From an uncultured Gammaproteobacteria bacterium (GTDB lineage: Bacteria > Patescibacteriota > Patescibacteriia > Magasanikbacterales > GWA2-37-8), in contig CAZHTA010000002.1 of assembly GCA_964535515.1 (NCBI GenBank), positions 684-64,683 of the forward strand: 64,000 nucleotides of DNA. The letters are read 5' to 3'. The notes below the pieces were generated by a model. It worked only from the letters and a program-made list of their open reading frames with translations. It had not been told where the DNA came from and did no database searches. Below are positions 9,668 through 21,349 of the stretch, one piece after another (position 1 is the first letter of the stretch; each line of letters starts with the position of its first letter). Made by a program: the position numbers and the translations under genes.

Positions 9668-10213
9668 ATGGCAAAACAAACACTTGACCTCGGACGACGC
9701 TGGTATGTATTACACACATACTCTGGCTACGAGGAAAATGTAAAACACAATCTAGAACAACGCGTTGAATCATTTGACATGCGCGATAAGATATTTGGTG
9801 TAATCGTTCCTAAAGAAAAAAGAATTAAAATTAAAAACGGTAAACGTACTACGGTGGAAGAAAAGATTTTCCCTGGTTATGTCTTAGTAGAAATGATTGT
9901 AACTGATGATTCTTGGTACGTAGTCCGCAACACTCCTAACGTTACTGGTTTCGTTGGTTCTGGTACTACTCCAACTCCAATTGACCAAAAAGAAGTTGAC
10001 CAGCTTTTAAAACGTGTTAACGCTACTGAACCACAGCACAAGATTGATATTAACACTGGTGATATCGTACGTATCTCTGACGGTCCATTTAAAAACTTTG
10101 AAGGTAAGGTTTCAGCAGTTGATCCAGAACGTGGAAAAATCAAAGTTATGGTTACTATGTTCGGTCGTGAGACCCCAGTAGAATTAGACGCTTTACAAGT
10201 TAAGAAAATTTAG
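9668..10213 (+). CDS. nusG: Transcription antitermination factor NusG
   Basis: WYVLHTYSGYE, FPGYVLVEM, KOW GPFKNFEG, FGRETPVEL. Confidence 0.97.
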   Translation: MAKQTLDLGRRWYVLHTYSGYEENVKHNLEQRVESFDMRDKIFGVIVPKEKRIKIKNGKRTTVEEKIFPGYVLVEMIVTDDSWYVVRNTPNVTGFVGSGTTPTPIDQKEVDQLLKRVNATEPQHKIDINTGDIVRISDGPFKNFEGKVSAVDPERGKIKVMVTMFGRETPVELDALQVKKI

Positions 10214-10274
10214 TTAATATGTTAAACGCGACTGGTCCCTTTAGGGACGCTTCTCAGTTGCACTAAAAAAATAT

Positions 10275-10697
10275 ATGGCAAAAAAATTATTGACCCAAAT
10301 CAAATTACAAATCGTCGGTGGTGCTGCTAACCCAGCTCCTCCAGTCGGTCCAGCCCTTGGTCAACACGGTTTGAACATCCAAGGTTTCTGTAAAGAGTTC
10401 AACGACAAGACCCAAGATAAAAAAGGCGAAGTCGTACCAGTAATTATCAACGTTTACGCCGATCGCAGTTTTGACTTCATCATGAAGACTGCTCCAACTG
10501 CTGAGCTTATCAAAAAAGCCGCTAACATCAAAAAAGGTTCTGCTAAACCTCTACAAGAAAAGGTTGGCAAAATCACTAAAGCACAAGTCAAAGAAATCGC
10601 TGAAAAGAAAATGAGCGACTTGAACGCCAAAGATTTAGCCGGTGCAATGAGCATGGTTGAGGGTACTGCTAAACAAATGGGTGTGACGATTGAATAA
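10275..10697 (+). CDS. rplK: 50S ribosomal protein L11
   Basis: [22 protein letters not shown]. Confidence 0.97.
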   Translation: MAKKLLTQIKLQIVGGAANPAPPVGPALGQHGLNIQGFCKEFNDKTQDKKGEVVPVIINVYADRSFDFIMKTAPTAELIKKAANIKKGSAKPLQEKVGKITKAQVKEIAEKKMSDLNAKDLAGAMSMVEGTAKQMGVTIE

Positions 10698-10711
10698 AAG
10701 ACAATATTAAA

Positions 10712-10743
10712 AAAACACTCCGAACATAAAACGGAGTGTTTTT
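10712..10743. terminator. Bidirectional terminator rplK/queA
   Basis: aaaacactccg...cggagtgtttt. Confidence 0.75.
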
Positions 10744-10759
10744 GTTTTATTTACTTTTT

Positions 10760-11860
10760 TTAAACAATTAACATCGCATCCCCAAAACTATAGAACCGAT
10801 ACTTGGCTTCAACTGCTTTTTGATAACATTCTAAAGTAAATTCCCTATCACCAACAAAAGCCGACACCAACATTATCAAGGTTGATTCAGGTAAATGAAA
10901 ATTGGTAATTAAAGCATCCACCACCTTAAATTCAAACCCTGGCTTAATAAAAATATTAATATCTCCACTAAACGCTTCCAACCGTCCGCGCGTAACAAAA
11001 ACCCCTTCCAACGACCGGACAGCGGTTGTACCAACCACCACCACTCGTCTACCCTCTTCCTTGGCGATGTTTATCAACTGTGCATTTTTATCACTCAACT
11101 CCACCCATTCCGGATGCATTTTATGTTCTTCAACATTCTCGGTTTTAACTGGTAAAAATGTTCCTAAACCAACATGCAAAGTAACCTCTGCAAATTCTAC
11201 CCCCTGTTTTTTTAATTGTTCAATTAACTCAGGAGTGAAATGAAAACCCGCTGTTGGTGCCGCTACTGATCCTTCAACTTTAGCATAAACGGTTTGATAA
11301 CGCTCATCCAAATTCAACCCTGATACCTTACCAGCCATTTCTTTAATATATGGTGGCGTTGGCACCTCGCCATACTTATTAGCCTTTGCTCTCACTGTTA
11401 TATCATCATCTTTAAATTGTACTAGCACTGTACCATCCTCTTCTTTGGCAATCACTTCTGCAGAAAAATCTTCGGCAAAAACCACCTTCATTCCTAAGCG
11501 CAATTTCTTTCCTGGTTTAGCCAACACTTTCCACACCCCAAAATTTTCCATTGGCCGAACTAAAAATATTTCAATACTTGGTGCATTAAAAATTCGATCG
11601 GTTAAATCCTTCTTTTTAAAATCAAAAACATCTTCATCTAAAACTAACACTCCTTTTAGGCGTGCCTTAAATACTTTGGAGTTGTTCCAAACCAACAAAT
11701 CACCCGGACGTAAATATTCGCCAATATTAAAAAACTGACGATGGCTAATTTCTTTTGTTGAACGATTAATTACCAACAAACGTGATTGATCGCGTCTTTC
11801 TGCTGGTGTTTGGGCGATTAATTCTTTCGGTAAATTGTAATTAAAATCCGATGTTAACAT
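10760..11860 (-). CDS. queA: SAM:tRNA ribosyltransferase-isomerase
   Basis: LIAQTP, GSVAAPTAGFHF, TLHVGLGTF, TNFHLPEST, YRFYSFGDAM. Confidence 0.96.
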   Translation of the reverse strand: MLTSDFNYNLPKELIAQTPAERRDQSRLLVINRSTKEISHRQFFNIGEYLRPGDLLVWNNSKVFKARLKGVLVLDEDVFDFKKKDLTDRIFNAPSIEIFLVRPMENFGVWKVLAKPGKKLRLGMKVVFAEDFSAEVIAKEEDGTVLVQFKDDDITVRAKANKYGEVPTPPYIKEMAGKVSGLNLDERYQTVYAKVEGSVAAPTAGFHFTPELIEQLKKQGVEFAEVTLHVGLGTFLPVKTENVEEHKMHPEWVELSDKNAQLINIAKEEGRRVVVVGTTAVRSLEGVFVTRGRLEAFSGDINIFIKPGFEFKVVDALITNFHLPESTLIMLVSAFVGDREFTLECYQKAVEAKYRFYSFGDAMLIV

Positions 11861-11863
11861 ATA

Positions 11864-12721
11864 TTAACGCAAATACTTAGCCACATTACGGTTGTGCTCA
11901 TCTAATGTTTTAGCATAGTGCATACCACCCTCTGTGTCGCTCATAAAATACCAATAATCATTTTTCGTTGGGTAAATAGTGGCCTCAATTGCTTTTAAAC
12001 TTGGATTACCAATTGGCCCAAGTGGTAGACCAGGATATTTATAGGTGTTATAAAAAGAATCCAACTGACGATCTGCAGCGTTAATCGCTGGATCATTTTT
12101 ACCGGTAACATAATTTACTGTAGCACAAGATTGCAGTGCCCACCTCATTTTATTACGTCGCCAAAAAATATCTGCTACCAACCTCATATCCTCTGTCGTT
12201 GGCGCTTCCTTTTCTACCACTGATGCCATAGTGAGTACTTCAAAAAAATTCTTGTTTTGTTTTTTTATATCCGCTCGCATTTCTAGAGTAATTCGATCAT
12301 CTAAAACAGCAAATATTTTTTTAATAACTTCTTCTGGTTTGGCATCAGCATAAACACGATAAGTTTCCGGTAAAAAATATCCTTCATATGAAACATTACT
12401 AGTTTTACTATCAAACAACTCTGCCAAAGTACCAGTTGCTGCCCAACTTAATTCTGGCGCTACCACCCCTGATGCACGATAGTTTTTAGCTGGTTCACCT
12501 ACTAAAGAATACAACTCGTTATCATTTTTTATCAATCCTTTTTTAACCCAATCCGCTGCAATCTGACGCAAATTCCACCCCGGAATTATTGTGATGTTGA
12601 TTTCCTCTCGTGGTGGTGGTGGAATATACTTAGGACGGCTAAAGTAGCGATAACCAAAAAAACTCAATACTATTAATATGATTATTGCAAACAAAAAAGA
12701 ATTAATTCTTTTGATATTCAT
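11864..12721 (-). CDS. mltG: Endolytic transglycosylase MltG (YceG)
   Basis: EGYFLPETY, ASVVEKE, YNTYKYPGLPLGPIGNP. Confidence 0.92.
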   Translation of the reverse strand: MNIKRINSFLFAIIILIVLSFFGYRYFSRPKYIPPPPREEINITIIPGWNLRQIAADWVKKGLIKNDNELYSLVGEPAKNYRASGVVAPELSWAATGTLAELFDSKTSNVSYEGYFLPETYRVYADAKPEEVIKKIFAVLDDRITLEMRADIKKQNKNFFEVLTMASVVEKEAPTTEDMRLVADIFWRRNKMRWALQSCATVNYVTGKNDPAINAADRQLDSFYNTYKYPGLPLGPIGNPSLKAIEATIYPTKNDYWYFMSDTEGGMHYAKTLDEHNRNVAKYLR

Positions 12722-13419
12722 TATACTAATGGGTTAAACCCTTCTTCTGCCCGATAATATTTTTCTAGCGTATCAGTCGGAAACCATTGTCCGCTATGAC
12801 AATGAGAATACACCACGCCTTGTGGCGACATTTTTTCAAAACAATCTCGCTCAATCATACAAAAACCCGGTGGTAAAATATCTAACACCTCTTTTTCCAT
12901 TACATAGCCACCCGCATTGTTTAAATTAGAAGGCGCTTCTTCTAACTTTGGTTTTTCAATAAACCGCTTAATCTTCTCCCCTTCCAGTTCAGCAATACCA
13001 TATTGTGTTACATCCTCAACCGGGAAAAGAGCCAAAGTAATTTTGGCTTGATTACGAACGTGCGTAGCAATTAATTCTTGCCAATTAAAATCTGCCAAGT
13101 TATCACCATTAATTACTAAAAATGTTTCCGTCATATGTTCAGCCGCCTTACGAATTGCCCCACCCGTACCAAGTGGTTCGTCCTCAACACAATACTCAAT
13201 ATTTACTCCCCATTTACTACCATCACCAAAATATTCTTTGATTAAATCGGCCCGATAACCAATAGACAAAACAACATCGGTAATACCGTGTTTTTTAAAA
13301 TTCAGCAGCGCGTGCTCAATAATCGGAATACCTTTAATCGGTAAAAGCGGCTTCGGGGTATTTTCCGTTAATGGACGCAAACGTGTACCCAAACCACCTG
13401 CTAAAATGATTGCCTTCAT
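12721..13419 (-). CDS. NDP-sugar pyrophosphorylase family nucleotidyltransferase
   Basis: ILAGGLGTRLRPLT..PKPLLP, EPLGTGG. Confidence 0.9.
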   Translation of the reverse strand: MKAIILAGGLGTRLRPLTENTPKPLLPIKGIPIIEHALLNFKKHGITDVVLSIGYRADLIKEYFGDGSKWGVNIEYCVEDEPLGTGGAIRKAAEHMTETFLVINGDNLADFNWQELIATHVRNQAKITLALFPVEDVTQYGIAELEGEKIKRFIEKPKLEEAPSNLNNAGGYVMEKEVLDILPPGFCMIERDCFEKMSPQGVVYSHCHSGQWFPTDTLEKYYRAEEGFNPLV

Positions 13420-13420
13420 A

Positions 13421-13951
13421 TTACAAATCAATAACAATACGTAACCAATACATTATTACCGTAACCAAACCAGCCAAAGAAAGTCCGCCAACAAGATCAA
13501 AGGGATAATGTACGCCCGCATACACTCGCCCCCAACAGACCCACAGAGCCATCGGTAACAACGCCCAAGCAGCTGGCAAACCAAGTAATAACCCTAAGAA
13601 AAAAAGTAAGAAAGCAGAAAAAGCATGATCTGATGGGAATGACTTCCAATTACTTAAAGGATAAAATAAAAGATGGCTCTCTGGATGTTTTACATGCGGA
13701 CGAGATTCTTTCACAATCATACCAATCAACAAGCTCAGCATTATGCCCAGTGCCCAAGCACTGCCTAAAATCATTACTCCGATAAACATCGCTTTTCTCT
13801 CTGGCATACGCACCATCCACAAACCAACTAAAAACCAAGCCGCCATACCAAAAATCACCCACTCCGCACCCGCACGGCCAAAGGCATCAAACCAACGATT
13901 TTTGCCAACTAAGCTGTTAATTTTAAGAAAAAGACGTGTATTCCAATCCAT
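13421..13951 (-). CDS. PAP2-family phosphatase (undecaprenyl-PP phosphatase-like)
   Basis: RP, SFPSDH, RVYAGVHYPFD motifs. Confidence 0.88.
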   Translation of the reverse strand: MDWNTRLFLKINSLVGKNRWFDAFGRAGAEWVIFGMAAWFLVGLWMVRMPERKAMFIGVMILGSAWALGIMLSLLIGMIVKESRPHVKHPESHLLFYPLSNWKSFPSDHAFSAFLLFFLGLLLGLPAAWALLPMALWVCWGRVYAGVHYPFDLVGGLSLAGLVTVIMYWLRIVIDL

Positions 13952-14047
13952 ATGAGATATATATTAACAAAAAGAACAGCTAAAAGCAACCATGCCTCAA
14001 GCCTTGAATTTTTTTGATTTAGTGATATAATTCACCCCATCAAACCT

Positions 14048-14120
14048 GCGCCTGTAGCTCAGGGGTTAGAGCACTGCCCTTATAAGGCAGGGGTCGATGG
14101 TTCGAAGCCATCCAGGCGCA
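14048..14120 (+). tRNA. tRNA-Ile (anticodon UAU)
   Basis: GCGCCTG/CAGGCGC acceptor; anticodon arm CTGCC-CTTATAA-GGCAG; GTTCGAA T-loop; CCA not encoded. Confidence 0.92.
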
Positions 14121-14128
14121 CTAAACAT

Positions 14129-15109
14129 ATGAAAAAACCAATCCCAAACATTAAAGACTTCCCAAAAACTCCGATCCAACGGCTTGATATTTTTTTAACC
14201 GAAACACTAAAAATTACCCGCTCTCAAGCCCAAAAGATGCTTGAACGCGGAGAAGTTTTGGTAAACGGCGAACCATATTTTAAAACCGGACAAAAAATCG
14301 GCGACAAAGATAAAGTTACCTTCGTAAAACCGACACCTAAGAAGAGTGACAAGCAGGAAACAAAGGTGGTTGTAGAAAAAACAAAAAAATTTACTTTCAA
14401 AGATTTAAAAATTGTTAAAAAAACCGCTGACTTTTTTATCGTCGATAAACCAACTGGCATGCTCTCGCATTCGACTTTAAAAAAAGAACCGGATTCTTTA
14501 GCAGAACTAATGGTAAAAAAATTCCCAGAAATAAAAAAAGTGGGAGATGATCCAGTCCGTCCCGGTATTGTTCATCGCCTAGACAAAGAAGCCTCCGGAC
14601 TTCTAGTTGTCGCTCGGACACCAGAAATGTTTGAACATCTAAAAAAGCAATTTAAAAAACGTACTATCCAAAAAGAATACCTAGTTTTAGTGCACGACAA
14701 AGTCGCCAAAGATTGGGCAGAAATAAACTTTCGCATTGATCGTTCGGAAACATCGGATCGCATGGCGGCTCGTCCCACTTCCGAAAAAGGTGAACCATCC
14801 GAAATCGGCAAAGAGGCGCTAACGGAATTTTGGGTAGAGAAAAGATTTGTAAATTTTACTCTTCTTCGGGTAAAAATTCACACCGGCCGAATGCATCAAA
14901 TCCGTGCACACATGCTAGCCTATGACCATCCGGTAGTTGGTGACCCATTGTATTTCCAGAAAAAACAAAAACGCACTTGGGACGACCGTCTCGGCCGACT
15001 ATTTTTGCATTGCAATAAAATTGCTTTCAAAAATTTAGATGGAAAAATGGTTGAGGCAGAATCACCCTTGCCAGAACAACTAGAAAACTTTCTTAAAACC
15101 TTGTCGTAA
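14129..15109 (+). CDS. RluA/RluD-family pseudouridine synthase
   Basis: S4 domain, GIVHRLDKEASG, TGRMHQIR, HPVVGD. Confidence 0.93.
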   Translation: MKKPIPNIKDFPKTPIQRLDIFLTETLKITRSQAQKMLERGEVLVNGEPYFKTGQKIGDKDKVTFVKPTPKKSDKQETKVVVEKTKKFTFKDLKIVKKTADFFIVDKPTGMLSHSTLKKEPDSLAELMVKKFPEIKKVGDDPVRPGIVHRLDKEASGLLVVARTPEMFEHLKKQFKKRTIQKEYLVLVHDKVAKDWAEINFRIDRSETSDRMAARPTSEKGEPSEIGKEALTEFWVEKRFVNFTLLRVKIHTGRMHQIRAHMLAYDHPVVGDPLYFQKKQKRTWDDRLGRLFLHCNKIAFKNLDGKMVEAESPLPEQLENFLKTLS

Positions 15110-15110
15110 T

Positions 15111-15734
15111 ATGGACACTGATAAACAAAACCCAATTATCATTATCAGTGGACCCGCTGGTGTAGGAAAAACCACGGTTGCTAAAGCATTACAACGTGAT
15201 TATCCAAATCTAGAAACTAGCGTTACATATACTACTCGCCAACCACGCGCCGAAGCACCAGAAGACAAAAAAATATATTACATTACCATCCCTGAATTTG
15301 AAGACATGATTACTCAGGGTGAATTTTTAGAATGGGCAAAGGTACATGGACAATACTACGGTACTCATAAAAACAAAACTCTAGAAAAATTAAAAACTCA
15401 TCCGGTAATTTTCAACATTGATATCCAAGGGGCAAAACAAGTAATGGAGAATACCGCTGGTCACCCGTTAATTAGCATCTTTCTTGTACCAGAATCAATC
15501 GATCAAATAAAAGAAAGAATTATCAAACGTGGGCATTCTGATCCTAGCGACCTAGCCCTACGCCTTGAATCAGCTGAAAAAGAACTAAAAGAACAGGGTA
15601 TTTACCAGTACCAAATTATAAACAGCGAAGGACGACTAAAAGAAACCATCGCTCAGGTAGAAAAAATCCTTGCTCCGTATTTAATCAAAAAAACCTCAAT
15701 ACTTAGCCAAATTAGCTCTTTTTTCAATTTTTAA
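15111..15734 (+). CDS. gmk: Guanylate kinase
   Basis: SGPAGVGKTT, TTRQPR, FLEWAKVHGQYYGT, DIQGA. Confidence 0.93.
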   Translation: MDTDKQNPIIIISGPAGVGKTTVAKALQRDYPNLETSVTYTTRQPRAEAPEDKKIYYITIPEFEDMITQGEFLEWAKVHGQYYGTHKNKTLEKLKTHPVIFNIDIQGAKQVMENTAGHPLISIFLVPESIDQIKERIIKRGHSDPSDLALRLESAEKELKEQGIYQYQIINSEGRLKETIAQVEKILAPYLIKKTSILSQISSFFNF

Positions 15735-15799
15735 ATTTGAGCCTTGACAAAAAACCAAAAATTGGCTAAAATATGGCAACATCTATCTTAATTTGAAAT

Positions 15800-16156
15800 A
15801 TGACTGAAACAAAAACCAACGAAATTTACAAGCCAGGTATGGTGGTAAAAGTCCACCAAAAAATTAAGGAAACTAATACTAAAGGTGAAGAAAAAGAACG
15901 TATCCAGATTTTTGAAGGAACGATTCTCGCTGCCAAACACGGACAAGAAATTGGCGCCACTATCACCGTACGTAAAGTTTCTGAAGGCATTGGTGTAGAA
16001 AAAATCTACCCAATCCATTCGCCGGTAATCGCTAAGATTGAAATCGTAAAACAATTCCGCGTCCGCCGTGCTAAATTACATCACTTACGTGATCCAAAGT
16101 TCAAACGAAGATTAAAGGAAGTTAAGAAGGCAAAGACAACGACAACAAAAAAGTAA
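15800..16156 (+). CDS. rplS: 50S ribosomal protein L19
   Basis: [27 protein letters not shown]. Confidence 0.96.
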   Translation: MTETKTNEIYKPGMVVKVHQKIKETNTKGEEKERIQIFEGTILAAKHGQEIGATITVRKVSEGIGVEKIYPIHSPVIAKIEIVKQFRVRRAKLHHLRDPKFKRRLKEVKKAKTTTTKK

Positions 16157-16162
16157 CTAACT

Positions 16163-16191
16163 AAAAAATCCCGACTCAATCGGGATTTTTT
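16163..16191. terminator. Bidirectional terminator rplS/uvrA
   Basis: aaaaaatcccga-ctcaa-tcgggattttt. Confidence 0.75.
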
Positions 16192-16222
16192 GTTTGTCCT
16201 AAATAACTAAATTATTCACTTC

Positions 16223-19006
16223 CTACAAATACTTTCCTGTTTGGCTCTTTTTGTTTTTCTTTATATCACTCGGAGTTCCTTCGGCAATTAATGATCCACC
16301 GCCCTTGCCACCTTCTGGCCCAAGTTCGATCACCCAATCAGAACAATTAATCACATCCACATTGTGCTCAATTACCATAACAGTATTCCCCTTCTCTACC
16401 AAACGTTCGAGAACACCCAAAAGATTTTGAATATCAGCAAAATGTAAACCAGTAGTAGGCTCATCTAAGATATACAACGTCTTACCCGTAGCCGAACGAA
16501 CTAATTCAGTAGCCAATTTAATTCTCTGTGCTTCACCACCAGATAGAGTGGTAGCAGGTTGACCAAGGCGCACATAACTCAAACCAACTGCTCGCAATAA
16601 ATCTAACTTATCCGATAAAGCCGGAACATCATGAAAAAACTTATACGCTTCTTCTACCGTCATCTGCAAAACATCAGCAATGTTTTTGTTATGATAATGC
16701 ACCTCTAGCGCTTCTTGATTGTAGCGCGAACCATTACATTCGTTACACACCACAAATACATCAGCTAAAAATTGCATTGGAATGCGAACATACCCTTCGC
16801 CGGCACAGGCCTCACAACGGCCACCGCCTTTAACGTTAAAACTAAACTTACCGGCGTCGTAACCGCGTAATCGTGCTTCTGGCAAATTGGAAAACAAATC
16901 ACGAATAAGAGTGAAGATACCTGTATAGGTAGCAGGATTAGAACGTGGTGTTCTACCAATCGGTGCTTGATCCACCGAAATTACCTTATCAATATGATCA
17001 ACCCCTTTTATCTGCTTGTGTTCTCCTGGTTCATCTTTAGCACGATAAAATTTCTTGAGCAATGCCTTAGCTAAAACTTCTACTACCAAAGTAGACTTAC
17101 CTGAACCAGAAACACCTGTCACACAAACTAATCTTCCTAACGGAATATTAACAGTAATATTTTTCAAATTAAATGCCTTTGCACCAACCACTGTTAGACT
17201 ATTCTTGTTTGTCTTTTTTACCACCTTCTCTAACTTAACCTTTTCTTTACCAGACAAATACAAACCTGTTAAAGATTCTTTCACTTTTTTAACTTCTGCT
17301 ACTGTACCTTGAGCGACAATCTCACCACCATACACACCTGCTCCTGGACCAACATCAATTAAATAATCAGCTGCTTCCATCATAGCGGAATCATGTTCAA
17401 CCACGATTACTGAGTTGCCCAAATCACGTAAAAATTTCAAAGTACCAATCAGCTGCTGATTATCACGTGGATGTAAACCCATGGACGGTTCATCAAGTAT
17501 ATATATTACCCCAGTTAATCCAGAAGACAGCTGAGAAGACAACCGAACACGCGTAACTTCACCGCCAGACAAAGTGTTTAACGATCGATCTAAACTTAAG
17601 TATCCCAAACCTACTTTCTCTAAGTTAGACAAACGCGGTAATAATTCTTTAATAATTGGCGCAGTAATGACTGGCTTAATTTTAGCCGCCCCAATCTTTT
17701 TTAATGCTGCCTGATTCTCTTCTACACTCATACAAGACAAATCAGCAATGGTATAACCTCCCAACTTAACCGCTAACGACTCCGGGCGCAAACGTTTTCC
17801 TTGACACTTCGGACAAACCATTTCACGCATGTATTGCTCGATTTCTTTACGTACATACTCAGAAGTAGTTTGAAGATGGCGCTCACACAAATCATTAACC
17901 ACACCAACAAAAGTAGTAGTCTTGTTTTCTACTGTGTATGTCTCATTACCTGTGCCGTACAAAATGACCTCGCGAACATTTTCGGCTAAATTCTCCCAAG
18001 AAATATTTAAAGAAAAATGATGTTCTTCCGCTACTACCGCCAACATCTTTTGATACCAGCTCTGATTACCAGTAATTCTGGTCCAAGGCTGGATAGCACC
18101 TTCCGCTAAAGTCAAACGTGGATTAGGAATAATCAAATTTACATCTACTTCCATTGTCAACCCTAAACCCGTACAACGCTGACAAGCCCCATATGGACTG
18201 TTAAAACTAAAACTACGGACATCTAATACTGGTAAAGTACGATCACATTTAGGACACAAACCGACGATAGAAAAAAGTTCTTCGCTTAAATTACTTTTAG
18301 CAATTAGTAAACCATTGCTAAAATCCAATGCTAAATCAACCAAACGCATTGGATCGTCTTTTTTAATATCTTCGATCTTACCAACCATCACCGCAACATC
18401 ATGAATCATTCCGGGCTTGAATGAATACTTCGCAAACTCTGGCAATTTCATTACTTCCCCATTAACCATTACCCATTCATACCCCGACTTTTCAATCTTG
18501 TCTAAAATCGCTCGATGCTCAATCTGACTATGACGTACGATTGGAGAAAATATTGAAACCGCGCTACCACGACGCGCCATTTTACGTACATTCTCGGAAA
18601 TTTCACCGGGAGTATTCGCTAGTACACGAACACCGCATTCTGGACAATACTGTTCACCAGCACGCGCAAACAAGAGACGTAAATAATCATATATCTCCGT
18701 AACCGTACCCACAGTAGAACGTGGATTCTGGGCAAATACCTTTTGATCAATCGCGATTGTTGGTGACAAACCATCAATACCATCAATATCTGGTTTGTCA
18801 CGTACTTCCATAAACTGACGCGCATAAGCAGACAAAGATTCCGCATAGCGTCTTTGCCCTTCAGCATAAATTGTATCAAATGCTAACGAAGATTTGCCTG
18901 AACCAGACAAACCAGTGATTACCACGAGTTTGTTTTTCGGAATTTCGATATTAACATTTTTAAGATTGTGTACTCTTGCCCCCCTAATAATTATCTTGTC
19001 TGGCAT
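16223..19006 (-). CDS. uvrA: Excinuclease ABC subunit A
   Basis: [23 protein letters not shown], two ABC ATPase modules, Zn fingers; start taken at MPDK. Confidence 0.95.
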   Translation of the reverse strand: MPDKIIIRGARVHNLKNVNIEIPKNKLVVITGLSGSGKSSLAFDTIYAEGQRRYAESLSAYARQFMEVRDKPDIDGIDGLSPTIAIDQKVFAQNPRSTVGTVTEIYDYLRLLFARAGEQYCPECGVRVLANTPGEISENVRKMARRGSAVSIFSPIVRHSQIEHRAILDKIEKSGYEWVMVNGEVMKLPEFAKYSFKPGMIHDVAVMVGKIEDIKKDDPMRLVDLALDFSNGLLIAKSNLSEELFSIVGLCPKCDRTLPVLDVRSFSFNSPYGACQRCTGLGLTMEVDVNLIIPNPRLTLAEGAIQPWTRITGNQSWYQKMLAVVAEEHHFSLNISWENLAENVREVILYGTGNETYTVENKTTTFVGVVNDLCERHLQTTSEYVRKEIEQYMREMVCPKCQGKRLRPESLAVKLGGYTIADLSCMSVEENQAALKKIGAAKIKPVITAPIIKELLPRLSNLEKVGLGYLSLDRSLNTLSGGEVTRVRLSSQLSSGLTGVIYILDEPSMGLHPRDNQQLIGTLKFLRDLGNSVIVVEHDSAMMEAADYLIDVGPGAGVYGGEIVAQGTVAEVKKVKESLTGLYLSGKEKVKLEKVVKKTNKNSLTVVGAKAFNLKNITVNIPLGRLVCVTGVSGSGKSTLVVEVLAKALLKKFYRAKDEPGEHKQIKGVDHIDKVISVDQAPIGRTPRSNPATYTGIFTLIRDLFSNLPEARLRGYDAGKFSFNVKGGGRCEACAGEGYVRIPMQFLADVFVVCNECNGSRYNQEALEVHYHNKNIADVLQMTVEEAYKFFHDVPALSDKLDLLRAVGLSYVRLGQPATTLSGGEAQRIKLATELVRSATGKTLYILDEPTTGLHFADIQNLLGVLERLVEKGNTVMVIEHNVDVINCSDWVIELGPEGGKGGGSLIAEGTPSDIKKNKKSQTGKYL

Positions 19007-19019
19007 AATTTTTAAAATA

Positions 19020-20474
19020 TTATAGGCTATTTTGATCATCCCAACAGTCAGTGTTATCGTCGCCTGAACAATTTTGTATGGGATTCCACTTCGAATCGTT
19101 ATTTAAACCAGGAAAATTTGAGCGCATAATGGTAATATTACAAACAAAACCTTTCTGTAACTCCTCTAAACTAATAAGAGACTTAACAAACTCTGAATTA
19201 CTCGCTAAAATTTTTATATTAGGTTCATCAGATATCGCAGCACAAGAACATCTCTTACCATAGTCTGCTTCACAATCTGGTGCAACAGAATTTAATATTT
19301 TATAACCCAATGTCCCTAAATTAACCACACACTCACCGCCTGTATTTTTACCAATCGCGTGCCAATCATCACAACCAGACGAGGCTGGATTAGCTGGACA
19401 ACTACTCCCATAAAAACCACCACCTTCATCATTCGTTTCACCCCCAAGATAAAACCCTGCCAAATTATCTTTTCCACCACACACACCAGACAAGTTGTTC
19501 GGCTCAAACATATAATTACGTGCTTTATCCGGCAAATCCAAATCATCAACTCTTTCAAGATCTCCATCTTTGCACATTGCAATCAACATTAAATTATTAT
19601 CAAAAATATTATCATCCAAATCGGAACAAAAAAAACCAGGATCACCTTTTATTGTACCAGCCAACATCCCTACTACACATTTAGGAAATTCTTCTTTTAG
19701 ATCCTTGTTTTGATAACAGACATTCCCTGGATCACAAACATCTCCCTTACAAATAGCTCCACCACTTTTTTTAACATAATATTGTTTACCACAAATAAAA
19801 TCTTTTGGGTTGTAAGACAAACTAAAATCAGCTGCCTCAGATTTAGTTTTATCAACTTTTACCCCTGGTTCTCCAGCAAATGCAAAAACACTAGACGACG
19901 CTGCCTGTGAACAGAACTCCGGCGTCAACGAATTTGTTTTAATCATAAACGTCTGTGGCAGACGTAAATTTACCAAAGCTGGATTAATCGTATTTAAAAT
20001 TACATAGGAAAGGTATGCAATCAGTAAGCCTATTAACGCCCCACCAATTCTCTTCTTGGCGCTACTAATTGCTTCGCTATTACCACCCGATGTTACATAT
20101 TGCGCTCCGGCAATAATTATCATTACCGCCGCTAAGATGCCAGCAATGCTAAGAGCATAGTTATAGTTTACTAAAATAAACTGTCCAACATCTTTAAATT
20201 GAGTTTGTCCACCAAATTTAACTTCTGTTTCAATAACCCCAGCCGGCAAACATTTTCCCCAACCTTCTTTATCGCAAGGGGCTTCGTTCTTTAAAAAACC
20301 CTTTGGTGCATCCGCGCTAGAAGCACCAAAATCTTTTCTTACTTTTAGACACTCTGCCTCTTCCCAACATATTGGATTAAATTCGGGAATCAAACTAGAG
20401 TCTGCTGAACGTGCCGGCAATACTGGTAATAAAAACATCCCTACCAATAAAACTAAAAATATTTTTCTCTTCAT
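19020..20474 (-). CDS. Cys-rich secreted protein with VirB2/TrbC-like pilin hairpin
   Basis: Signal peptide; [48 protein letters not shown]; many Cys. Confidence 0.78.
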   Translation of the reverse strand: MKRKIFLVLLVGMFLLPVLPARSADSSLIPEFNPICWEEAECLKVRKDFGASSADAPKGFLKNEAPCDKEGWGKCLPAGVIETEVKFGGQTQFKDVGQFILVNYNYALSIAGILAAVMIIIAGAQYVTSGGNSEAISSAKKRIGGALIGLLIAYLSYVILNTINPALVNLRLPQTFMIKTNSLTPEFCSQAASSSVFAFAGEPGVKVDKTKSEAADFSLSYNPKDFICGKQYYVKKSGGAICKGDVCDPGNVCYQNKDLKEEFPKCVVGMLAGTIKGDPGFFCSDLDDNIFDNNLMLIAMCKDGDLERVDDLDLPDKARNYMFEPNNLSGVCGGKDNLAGFYLGGETNDEGGGFYGSSCPANPASSGCDDWHAIGKNTGGECVVNLGTLGYKILNSVAPDCEADYGKRCSCAAISDEPNIKILASNSEFVKSLISLEELQKGFVCNITIMRSNFPGLNNDSKWNPIQNCSGDDNTDCWDDQNSL

Positions 20475-20477
20475 ATA

Positions 20478-21227
20478 CTATTTATTTAATTTAGAAAAGA
20501 AAGATTCCCAAACCTCCCATGGTACTACGCCTTGAATTTTTTCACCGTTTACAAAAAAAGTAGGAGTACCATTGATACCTAATTTAAAACCATCGGCATA
20601 ATCACGATTTACTTCCGTTGCCATGGTATGATTATTAAAACACTCACTTAATTTTTTAAAATCTAATCCAGTTAAATCTGCCATCTCTTTCAAATCTTTC
20701 GCTGTAACACTCACCGGCAAACTATCCTGGTTCTCATATAACCAATCATGCACTGGCCAGAACAACCCCTGTTGATAAGCACACCCCGCTAATTCAGCAA
20801 TCTTACTCGTACCTGGGTACAGAGACTCTAATGGGAAATCACGAACAATCAATTTAACCTTTTGTCCGTATTTGCTCAAAACCTTCTTTAAAATCGGCAT
20901 AGCGGCCTTAGAATTAGGACACTTAAAATCAACAAACTCAACAATTACAATCTCCGCATTCGCATTACCCAAAAACGGGTCATCCGTAGTTTCTATCTCA
21001 GTTCTCTGCACAAAGTCTGGTCCAGAATTACTGCCCGAAGCGCTAAACTCACCATAAATCTTCTGGGTTAGCGCTTCCCCTCGACCAGCTCTAATCTCGC
21101 TCCAATAGTAGATCGTTAGCCCGCCAAAACCCAAAATACTTGCCACAATCAACGCTAAAAGGCCAACCAAGGCCACTTTCCAACCACTATGATACCAATG
21201 TTTAAGAGGAATTGATTGATTTTCCAT
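20478..21227 (-). CDS. DsbA-like thioredoxin-fold protein (CxxS)
   Basis: DDPFLG..IVEFVDFKCPNS, RDFPL, GINGTPTFFVNG; N-terminal TM. Confidence 0.88.
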   Translation of the reverse strand: MENQSIPLKHWYHSGWKVALVGLLALIVASILGFGGLTIYYWSEIRAGRGEALTQKIYGEFSASGSNSGPDFVQRTEIETTDDPFLGNANAEIVIVEFVDFKCPNSKAAMPILKKVLSKYGQKVKLIVRDFPLESLYPGTSKIAELAGCAYQQGLFWPVHDWLYENQDSLPVSVTAKDLKEMADLTGLDFKKLSECFNNHTMATEVNRDYADGFKLGINGTPTFFVNGEKIQGVVPWEVWESFFSKLNK

Positions 21228-21349
21228 AGATATTTTATAGTTAGACAAGCATAGTATACCATAAAAAGGTTTTTTGCAATACCCCAGCCCTTAACACACA
21301 ATTGACAAAAATGAGTTAAACTGGTATCATATTAAGTACTTAAAACTCT

